A DNA stretch of 64,000 nt from Octopus sinensis (taxonomy: Eukaryota), in assembly GCF_006345805.1 (NCBI RefSeq), contig NC_043004.1, positions 20,522,001-20,586,000 of the forward strand, given 5' to 3'. The position numbers and the translations under genes were made by a program. Shown piece after piece: positions 53,301 through 64,000 of this stretch. Position 1 is the stretch's first letter. Each line of letters starts with the position of its first letter. The notes beneath the pieces were generated by a model. It worked only from the letters and a program-made list of their open reading frames with translations. It was not told the DNA's origin and searched no databases.

Positions 53301-55090
53301 CTAATGTCACTTACTTTCTAGGTTTTCTAAGCCTGCCTCTTAGCTTTTACAACTTTATCTACTGCGTCGTCCTACCAGTACATCAGCTTCACTTTGTTTA
53401 TCAACAGATTATCTCATAGAAACTTCCGTTTGTCATCTATGCTATAGGTATCTAATTCCTTTTCCTTGTCATGCATACCAATTAGAATTTTTCTCAACCT
53501 ATGACCAACTGCAGGGCCTTTTAGCCTCCATGTTCTTTTCTTCATATCTTCTGTCTTTGTATCATTGTAGCTTTGACTCTGATGTTCCTAACCATTAATT
53601 GTAATTAAAATATATAATCACATTCAACTAATGAATAAGAATTCTGAAAATTTTACTTAAATTGCAAAAACACAAGAATTTTTTTTTAAATTTCCATATT
53701 TGTTAAACCAAAGACTCTTAGTACAGTGTCAAAAGGTACAACACAAGTTTGTAGCCTCACGAGTGACATGATTCAGAATATGTGCCTGAAGAAGATTGAG
53801 ATATTGATCTGGTTTTTAAGTTTTTGAAAGAACAAATGAAATGCCATTCTTGCTTTGAATGTGTTTATCAAAAGAGAGCCCACAAGTAAAAAATGAAGGC
53901 ACAAAGTGGCAACTAACCAACAGTTGACATATTTGAGACTATTTTTGTCAGTTTTCTTTTTTGAAATAACAGTTTTCAAATTTAGTATCTGTTAAATTGC
54001 ACCATAAAATAAGATAATGCTCTACTTAGGTCATTTATATCATTTTGTATCGTTTTAAAAATCTGTTTTTTCATCCATAGTTAAATGGAAGAGTAACAGG
54101 CCACTTTGCTTCACATGTTGTTATCGTTGATACTATTGTTATTGTACTGGTGCTGTGTATTGGCATCAATTTAATCAGCTCTTCCATCCCTGAAACCTTG
54201 TGTTAATGTCACAAATCGATATTTGACCATCTTGACACCTTTATCATCTTAAGTCGTGCTAGTGTTTAGTTTGCTGGTCATCTCAGACACAGAGTCTGAG
54301 CTACCATAGTATTCCTATGGAATCTTCTCTATTCCAGTGTATGCATATGTGTGTATGAAGGTACATGCGTGTGTGTATGTATGCATGTGTGTATGAGTGT
54401 GCGAAACATTCCTAAATGGAAATCTTCATTTCAACCAGGATTAGGAATCAGATAAGTTGTCTTAACCAACTCTACCTACATAATATGATAACGATAGTAG
54501 TGGTAGCAGTAACACTATTGTTATTGTTGCTTTGAATCCCAGATCATCTCCAATTTAGAATAAAAGATGATTTGACCCTGGCCAACCACTATTGAGCATA
54601 TTATCCTGGAGGATTTCATTATTCCATGCATCCTCCTTTTCCTATCTCCATAAAGATGATTAAGTATAATTTGAGAGAGGTATGACTGCTACTTCTAGCA
54701 TGTCATGTGACTTTCAGATGATAATCGCTCAACAAACCATGTACTTCTGAAGTAAACTTCTTAACTATATAGTCATGAGTTTTTTTGAGATATTAAACAG
54801 AATTAATATATATCCTGAGGTCCCAAAGAGTATATTGGTAAGAGGAAAGAGAGGTATAATAAATGGTATCACTTGAAATGTCTGAAGACTCTTGCAGATG
54901 GTTGGACGTATATGTTTTCTGACCTAGTCAGGAATCGTCTCTTAATACCTATAAAACTAATTCTTTTATACCACCAGGTTCTCCTATCTCCCCTCCCATG
55001 CACTCTTGTAAATTCCCATTTCTTCCACCTGATGCTGCCACCTGGATGACACCTCATCAAAACTGTCCATCACTTTGGAAATACCTGTAA

Positions 55091-55130
<40 letters not shown>

Positions 55131-55249
55131 TGTGAGTAGCCATGTAGCTCCTCTACAACATGAACCTGCTCTACTTCAACATCTTCCCCTACATCTCAAC
55201 TCCCATCTTATATACAGAAGCAGCCTTCAAGCTGCATGGTGACCGAAGT

Positions 55250-55443
55250 TCTGGTAGCATGTAAAAAAGTACTCATTACACACTGTAAAATGGTTAGCAA
55301 TGGAAGGGCAGCCAGCTTAAGAAACCATGCCAAGGCAGATACTCCAGTATGGTGCAGTCCTTGACTCATTGGGTCTATGCCAAACCAATCCAGCTCATGC
55401 CAGTAGAGAATGTGGACATAATATGACGATGATGATGATGATG
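55250..55443 (+). mobile_element. Degraded RTE 3' end (family D)
   Basis: GGAAGGGCAGCCAGCT...CATGCCAGTAGAGAATGTGGAC...(GAT)n. Confidence 0.7.
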
Positions 55444-55747
55444 TAGGTTCACAAAACATCTAAAAGACTGGTATATTTTTACACACACACACACACAGAC
55501 ACACACACAGACACACACACACACAGACACACACATACATACATCAATGCACACATCCACTCACACAAACATACCTACACAAATACATGAACATGCAAAA
55601 GTTACACACACACACACACGCACACACATCATGCAAAGATGTATGTACATCAAAGCATCATGCCCAAATAAGGATTCATTATCTAGCAAGACCATAAGAG
55701 ATGTAGTTTCACAAGAAATACTGCAGTAATTGGCCTATTGCCTGTAT

Positions 55748-55806
55748 TTATACATTAAGTATAATATTTATACATTAAGTATAATATTTATACATTAAGT
55801 ATAATA
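55748..55806. repeat. 20-bp tandem repeat x3
   Basis: TTTATACATTAAGTATAATA repeated. Confidence 0.95.
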
Positions 55807-56162
55807 CACAGATGGCTCTTTTAATTAAATACTGCCTCAATTGCATATACAGGATTTTTAATCAGTGGATGTTTTATTCACTTTTTCTTATATCTGAGAC
55901 AATGAATTCTTATCCAAATATATGACTGTCTCTGTGTATGCACTACTGAAAAGACCCAATAAGTTCAAAGTCATTCGATGGTCTCACTTGCCACTGCTAG
56001 GATGAATTTTCATTGCTCTCTGATAGTCATTGCCTTTAACACAGCAAGTCCATAAAAGATACTCTCTTAATCTATAAGAGTTGTTATTTGTCTCAAGACA
56101 AATTCTGCAGTAACTAGTGCATATATTGTGTGTATAATGTCTGATACATGGATGACTATATA

Positions 56163-56195
<33 letters not shown>

Positions 56196-56279
56196 GCACA
56201 CACACAGAGTCTAACACATGAAAAATGGATGTTAAAAGCTGCTACAGATAATGATGATGATGATATATATATGTGTGTG

Positions 56280-56319
<40 letters not shown>

Positions 56320-56754
56320 ATGGATATATGTTTGTGTGTGTAATTGCTTGTTCCTGAAAGAAATGTCAAAGATATGAAAGTGTAGTGATTGTATTAGTGT
56401 GGTCTATTAATGGAGATGGGAGGGGACAGAGGCATTAGGGAGGAACTAGATATTATGTTATAGACAATAACAATGATACTGGTGGTGGTGGTGGTGGTGA
56501 TGATGGTGCTGATGACAATGAAATTGATGATGATGATCAACATCATCATCATTATCATCATCATCATCATCATCAATGTATGTGCTTTCACTAGCTGTAG
56601 GCATTGTTGTGTTTGAATATCAATATCAGGCCTGTGGTTTTTCACAAGAAATGTTGAGTGGGAAGTTTATTTAACCTGAATGGTTTACATACAACAACAT
56701 AGTGACAAGCAAGAATATAACGGGGTGGTATAGAAAATAGCAAATGAATTCACA

Positions 56755-56779
56755 TTATCATTATCATTATTATTATTAA

Positions 56780-56863
<84 letters not shown>

Positions 56864-56872
56864 CATCATCAT
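56755..56872. repeat. (ATT)n/(ATC)n microsatellite
   Basis: Directly visible. Confidence 0.97.
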
Positions 56873-57671
56873 CTCATTGAAATTAATTGTATAGAAAGAT
56901 AATTAGGATCAGTGCGTAATGACATCTACTAGCAGCAAACATTATAGATTATGTGAGAGAGGTTAAAGTATTGACCTTTTGCATCTGTCATCGTTGCTAT
57001 TATCTCACTGATGGGGCTTTGATTCTCATATCAATAGAAGGAATCTTCTTCAGCTGAGGAGATTAAAAGATAAGGTTGTTTTTTTGATTTTTTTTTATAT
57101 ATAAAAAACACATTTCTTTGCTATTATTTAAATGACAGACCCTGACATGGCTGATGTGTGAATTATCAGGTTTAAATGTAAGCAATGATGGGGAAGCAAA
57201 GAAACGTTTTCTCATCTTCTTCCTGATGTATTCCATATATTTGACAAATAGAAAACTTAACTAAAGATTTCTCAAATGATACAACCAAGACATATTTGTG
57301 TATGTGTGTGTATGTGCATGTACACATGTGTGTGTGTGCACACACATATATATGTCTGGTCATAGAATAACCAATTAGTTATTCACATTCATAAAGCGCT
57401 TAGCTTTACAGATAACTTGTCAGACTCCTATGGCCGCAGGCACATAACCTCTCTTCAGACTGGTGGGGCTGGGTGAGAATGAGGTTCTATGGGGAGGGTC
57501 TTTTGCCTCCAGTTTGAAGAGAGGTTATATGCTCATGGCCACTACTGGAGTCTGACAATTTAACTATAAAGCTAAGCACATTATGGATGCAATACCATTG
57601 GTCACTCTATGACTGGATATATATTTAAGTTCATGTAAACATACACACACACATACACACATATATATATG

Positions 57672-57875
57672 AAGGCAGTGATCTGGCAGAACCATTAGCA
57701 TGCTGGGCAATATGCTTAGCAGCATTTGGTTGTCTTGTAGCTCAAATTCTGTTGAGGTTCACTTTGCCGTTCATCCCTTTCGGGTTAATAAAATAAAGTG
57801 CCAGTTGATTAATGAGGTCAATGTATTTGACTTATCCCTTCCACCAAAATTGCTGACTTCATGCCGAAATTTGAA
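57672..57875 (+). mobile_element. Family C SINE (MetaSINE-like)
   Basis: GGCAGTGATCTGGCAGAACCATTAGC head; TTCATCCCTTTCGGGTTAATAAAATAAAGTGCC core. Confidence 0.78.
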
Positions 57876-58950
57876 ATAACACACACGCACACACACACAC
57901 ATACACACATATATATACACACAGACACACGTACACATGCACACACACATGCACACACATACACACACATACACACCCATTCACATATATACACACATGC
58001 TGGGCTTCCAAATAGTGTCTATCTACCAAATTCACTCAAACGGTATTGGTTAGCTCAGGGTTATAGTAGAGGACTGTTGACCAAAGTGCCATGCAGTGGG
58101 ACTGAACCTAAGGTCAAGTGGTTGCAAAGTGATCCTTTTAATCATTCAGCCATGCCTGCACTTATATAACACGCACATGTGTGTGTGCATGTGTGTGTTG
58201 TGTGTGTGCGTGTGTGTGTTGTGTGTTAGCGTAGGTTGAACATATCCATTACTGAGGCAGTATTTTACAGCTTTTATGGCTAGTGAATTTCAAAGTGCAA
58301 ACATAAGTAAGCACCAAGCTACATAGATGTGCACATACTTACACATACATTTACATACACACATGATCATCATTTTGATGTTTGCTTTTCTATGCTTGGT
58401 CCAGAGAAAATTATATTGGAAGTGTTTTCTATGGTTAGCTATCTTTCCTTTTTCTTTACAAGCATGAGACTTTGTGAAAACTTATCCCTCTTGTTTGGGT
58501 TGCTTTTTTCTTGTTTTTGCTCATTTGTTATACATACTCTCTCTCTCTCTTTCTCTCATACACACACACACATGCACAGACACACACAAGTAAATATATA
58601 TAATGTGTGTGTGTGCATTGGTTGCCAGGAGACAAAGGAGGTCCCACATACACATACACACGCATAACATGCCATCTACCAATTTTATTCACATGGTATC
58701 GATTAACCAGTGGTTATAGCAGATTTCACCAGCTGAGGATATCCATGCAGTGTGGCTGAATTCTTAACAAAATGGTTCAAAAGCAAACTTCTTCACCATA
58801 CAACCATACCTAACATTTTTCATACAGCTGTAATTGACTTCTGCATTGTTGAGGTTGTTCAGGGACTCTTCTTTTTTTTTTTTTTTTGATTAAGGCTAAG
58901 ACATTTCTAGCAAAATTTTGATTGTACATTATTGCTGACGGGCAAGTTAA

Positions 58951-59169
58951 CCCCTTCATTACCATATTTTTAACGAAATGAACTGTTTTTGTTTCATTAG
59001 ATTTTGAAAAACAGTAGAAATTTACTAAAACTGTCATTATTAAGTTGCTGTTTGAAGCAAAAATTAAAATGGAATGTTGTCGGAAGGCTTTAATTTAGAT
59101 TACTTTAAAACAGAAAACTTCTGTCAAAGAGCCAGAGGAGACCCCAGGCAGGGGCTGCTAACAAAAGGG
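58951..59169. mobile_element. piggyBac-like MITE
   Basis: TTAA|CCCCTTCATTACC ... GCTAACAAAAGGG|TTGA: degenerate TIRs and TTAA-like TSD. Confidence 0.5.
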
Positions 59170-59334
59170 TTGAATCAATTGACATCATAATTTTTTAATG
59201 TTTGTTTTGATGCTGCTCTTGCTTAGAAGCTTGTGTTATCCTTTATACAAAATTTTTCTAGTACATTATTATTATCAGCTGATTGCTTTGTTGACAGTTG
59301 CCCTAACTAGTGATGTATAAATATCTTATTTTTT

Positions 59335-60112
59335 ATATTTTACTTGTTTCCGTCATTCATCTGCAGCCATGCTGGGACACCACTTTTTGAAGAATTCTAA
59401 CTAAATGATTCAATCTCAGTATCTTTTTCAAAACTTAGCACTTGTTCTATCGGTTCTCTTTTGCTGAACTGCTAAGTTACAAAGATGTATACACACCTAC
59501 ACCAGTTGTCAAGTAATGGTATAGGAGAAACATAGATATAAAGACACACACACACATGCATACATACAGTATACATGAAGAGCTTCTCTCAGTTTCCGTG
59601 TTGCAAATCCACTCACAAGGCTATAGTAGGAGATACTTGCCCTAGATGCCATGCAATAGGACTGAACCCAGAATCATATGGGTGGGAAGCAAACTTCTTA
59701 CCACGCTGCCATGCCTGCACCTATTCTTTTTCTTTTATCCTTTTGTTTGTTTTAGTCATTTGACTTCAGCCATGCTGGAGCACCACCTTTCAGTCACAGA
59801 AATTGACCCCCAAGACTTATTCTGCATAAGCCTGGTACTTATTCTGTCGGTCTCTTTTGCTGGACCACTAAGTTACAGACACATAAACACACCAACATCG
59901 GTTGCCAAGCGATGGTGGAGGGACAAACACAGACACAAAGACACACACATAAATTTAAACATACATTTGTATACGACAGGCTTCTTTCAACTTCTGTTTA
60001 CCAAATTTACTCACAAGACTTTGGTCGGCCCAAGTTCAGTCCCATGAAGTGGAACAGAACCCAGAACCATGTGTTTGGAAAATAACCTTCTTACCACAGT
60101 CACGCCTGTGCC
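59335..60112 (-). mobile_element. Two tandem family A SINEs (59335-59720, 59735-60112)
   Basis: Both match the reverse complement of 10092-10509. Confidence 0.85.
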
Positions 60113-60871
60113 TATAATTTCTAAACTTTTAAAATATATTGGAAGGTGAATAGAATCTTTATGCCTATGAGATTCTAGTTTGTTTTTTTATGGTTGATAT
60201 TTATTAGTCTCTTGATCCACTTATATGTTGAAAGTTAACTAAGCTTAAGTTGGTTTTGACTATAATATGAAAAGCCAAACCATTAAGCCAATTCTTTCCT
60301 ATACTAATCTCATGTATAGGTTTTATGTGATGTGTGACAGCAGGAACATTAATTCTAAACAGCTCTATGTCTAGTGTTTTGAATATTATTTTTAGTATAT
60401 CTAAGTTGTAAAATCCATCTGGTTCAGTTCTAGCTGCCAACATTGATACCAAATGAATTGGTTAGTTTTTCACTTACACAGTCATTGGAAAGCAAGGATT
60501 TCATATTATGCATCTTCATCTCAATGCCATTGTAACTGTTGGTGCTGTTTCTTTCCTGATACCAATGCCTTGGTGAGAAGAAGTTGCAAATTTCTATGTA
60601 GAACTCTTCAATGTTGAATTAAATGAACATGCATCAAAGTTTTCTCTTAAGCTAGTCACCTATAACATTGGTATAGCTGATTGTTTCAAGGCTGGGGGCA
60701 ATTTTTTTGTTGATGTTGTTTATAATGTGTTTACTATCAATACATTTTCACAAGATTTATCACCCTATATTTGAGGTTACTCAAAATCCGTATGAATAAA
60801 ACTGATCAAAATTCCAGTTGTGCTTCTGTCATGTTTTCCAAATACATCATTGTTAATATGCCATCTGATGA

Positions 60872-61011
60872 CGTTAGTAAGGGCATCCAGCTGTAGAAAC
60901 ACTGCCAGATCAGACTGGAGCCTGGTGCAGCCTTCTGGCTTCCCAGATCCCCGGTCGAACCGTCCAACCCATGTTAGGATGGAGAACGGACGTTAAACGA
61001 TGATGATGATG
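60872..61011 (+). mobile_element. Young RTE 3' end (family D)
   Basis: AAGGGCATCCAGCTGTAGAAAC...GGACGTTAAACGATGATGATGAT. Confidence 0.88.
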
Positions 61012-61589
61012 AATGTCTCAATGATATGAAATTTCAAGTCATTGAAAAATAGTCAAATTTAACTACTAACTGCATTGAATACACTGTACAAAGTACAACT
61101 TGAAAACACACACATATACCACCTACCACTCATGCATCATAGGTCATCTCCTACTTCTTACCACCCATCCTCAACATACACCCTTCATTCCTTCTTACTC
61201 TTTATAGTTGCTGCCTACTTCCCTTTCCCTCTTCTTATCATCTTCACCGCCCACCCCCATTCCAGTTTCCTTTGAGTCCACTCATCTCATACCTTGAAGG
61301 GGCCACTGGAACCTCATCACCACTATAAATTTCTTTGCATTACCACCTGATCATTCTCACTCTCCCTTCTAAATCTCAGTTGTCATGTAGCTCCTCTACA
61401 ACAAAAAAATAAACCCTTCTCTATTCCCTTCTCTTACTCTTTAACCTCTTGTCTCCTAGCATAGAGCCTCATCATCACCCGCACAGGGTTTGTGGTGTGG
61501 TGAGATGTAGTTCGGTTTCTTGGGGTAGGGTGTGTGAAAAGTTTATTGTTTCATGTGGGTGGGACACAATGCTTCTAGCACTCAGTTTT

Positions 61590-62280
61590 GCTGAAACGGG
61601 CAGGTCTTCTCTAGAACCTCATGTCACCAGACATCTCGATCCATTGTCATTTCCTCCATGAATCCTAACATTCTAAGATCGGTCCTCACCACTTGATCTC
61701 ATATCTTCCTGAGTCTCCCTCTTTCACTTCTGTATAGAGCTGTCTTTACTCATACACATCACATATCCAAACATATTCTCCTCTCCTGCATGCCACATTT
61801 AATGCCTCTTATGTCTAATTTTTCTTTCAACACAATTGTGCTTTGTCAGTCATGCACACTGATGTTGTAAATCCAACAGAGCATACTACCTTCATTCCTC
61901 TCGAGTCTATGCATGTCCTCTGCATTCAGAGCCCATGTCTCATTGCCATGGAGTATAGCCATTTGTGTATAAGCTTCATACAATCTACTTTTCACTCTGA
62001 GAGAGAGTCCTTTTTTTGCCAACAGGGGTAGTAGCTCACTGAACTTCTTCCATCCTATTCTTATTCAAGAAACAATACTTACAGAGCATCACCACTATTA
62101 TTAATTTGATCTCCTAAGTAGCAGAAACTATCTACTATCTCAAGAGAGCCTCCTTGGCATTTGCGAGAGTCTAAGTTCCACATGCTCCTAGTGCTTATTG
62201 TTCCTGCACATCTGCCACATACAAAAGTGACCTTGTCTGCTAACCTACCCTGTGGTTCCACTGCATCTCTTTTGCGTCCA
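61590..62280 (-). mobile_element. Decayed RTE LINE C-terminal fragment
   Basis: Minus strand FVCGRCAG..LEIVDSFCYLGDQI and GRLRKI*DQVVRTDLRMLGFMEEMTMDRDVW. Confidence 0.85.
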
Positions 62281-64000
62281 TGTAGTGAAAAACCAGTTGT
62301 AGAAACCACTCCAACGCAAATGCCGAAATACAAAAGACCCATCATATCCCATCAAACTATTCAATTTATTTTTTTTGTGGAACATGGACATTAATGATGA
62401 TGAGAGAGAGAGAGAGAGTGTGTGGTGTGTGTGTGTGTGTGTGTGTGCGTGTGTATGTGTATGAGTGTGTGTGTGTGTTTGTAGTATAAGTTATGAATTC
62501 AGAGAATTATGTGGCTATCACAGAAAGTTCCTCTTATGGACTCAGCTATTGGACCTCATAATAATCCAATACAGGGAATGTCTATGTAGCTAAAATCCAG
62601 AAGATCTTACCAATGAAATTATTTCATGAGGAGTTCATAAACCCTAAAAAGTCAGGAGGCATGAGAGATGAATATATGTGTTTAATCACTTGACATTCTT
62701 TGGATAATGGTTGTTTTGCAGCCTTCTACATGTAGTAATAACTTCAGTGTAGAATGAAATTATGTTCACATTAATATGCATGGTCAGTAGTTGAATCATT
62801 GGGGGTAACCATGATGTTCTGCTGATCTGATGAGCTAGCTTTCTTTATTTGCATTGCTTTGTGAATATAAAATTGTTTGTATAATATGGAGGATAATTAT
62901 TAATGCAAACATGTAAACATAATTTTATGCTGCACTGAAATTATAACTGCTTGAAGAAGACTTTGAAATAGCCATAATCCTAAGCTTGTCAAGTGATTAA
63001 ATAAATATATTCATTACTAATTCCCCCTGATTTTTTTTTTTTCATTGTTTACACACACATACACACACATATCTCTATGGTTTACAGTTCCATTATAGGT
63101 TGGCTCAGCAAAAAAGTATTCCATCCATTGAGTGATAAATGTAATTTAATATACACAATTACAAGTGCTATTTACAGTTTCATTCTTTAAGATAAATTTA
63201 ACTTGGTAGATTTATTTAACATGTCATGTATCTCCAAGCAATCTTTCATGTTCACTTCATAACGTTAGATGTATTTAAAAACCAGGATTCTGGTCTTTGA
63301 GAAAACATGATAAAAGAATGAGAAGAAAAAAATGCAAAGATTGATGCAAAAAGTGGAATGAAAAGAAAGTAAAGAAAAGTAAGAAAGACAAAACCTTTGT
63401 CTTCTGTTATATATATGAAGGATTTCTTTCGGTTTCTGTCAACAAACTTCAAATGCATGACTAAGGTTGGCCCTGTGCTTAAATAGAGGACACTTTCGCA
63501 AAACACTGCACAGTGAGATTGAACCTGAAGCAATATGGCTAGGAAGCGAACATTTTAACCATGAAGCTATTCCTGCACTTATTGTGTGTACATATTTCTA
63601 TACGCACAATCACACACACACACAGAGATATATGTGTATACACACACACATACACAAACATGCATACATGTACATACTTACAGACGTACAGACACACACA
63701 CACACACCTCCAGTGTAAGAGTTTAACATAGATAACTTTTAGTTTAACATTTTAGAGCAAGCATCCATTGTTGATATGGAAAAGAAGGAAGGTTTTCTAA
63801 TTGACATTGCTTTATGAAAACCATTAATGAAGATGTATGAAAAGCCTAGGTTTTCTCTGAAATGAATAGCCAGCAGTTCCCAATTGTTGTCTTTATATAG
63901 GGGCTGTTATGGGTGAGAGAGCAATAGGAGGAGGAGGAGAAGGTGGAGCAAATTTAGAATGACTGGATGGTAGGAAATTGCTTCTTGTTTTCTGTATCGT

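Noticed and set aside
60200-60870. Possible ancient R2-group RT (NPSGSV, FQG and DD-like words)
   Set aside because: Motif spacing is too long and the matches are too short to support a call.

Overview
AT-rich, microsatellite-dense eukaryotic non-coding DNA. The repeat content (abundant tRNA-derived SINEs, RTE LINE 3' ends with (GAT)n tails, decayed mariners) resembles an Octopus genome; the species is my inference. I found no intact protein-coding gene, and most ORFs in the supplied track are (TA)n/(TG)n/(CA)n artefacts or pieces of dead transposons. Supported content: remnants of Tigger/pogo, mariner and maT transposases, RTE LINE fragments, a Penelope GIY-YIG remnant, non-autonomous Helitrons, PIF-like and piggyBac-like MITEs, and many SINE copies, often nested. 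The most notable signals are several unrelated minimal hammerhead ribozyme motifs in short microsatellite-flanked modules, two bipartite non-autonomous RTE derivatives (one with a highly structured 5' end), a near-perfect 28-bp hairpin, and a few candidate minus-strand exons. Boundaries of degraded repeats are approximate, and family names come from motif recognition, not database searches.
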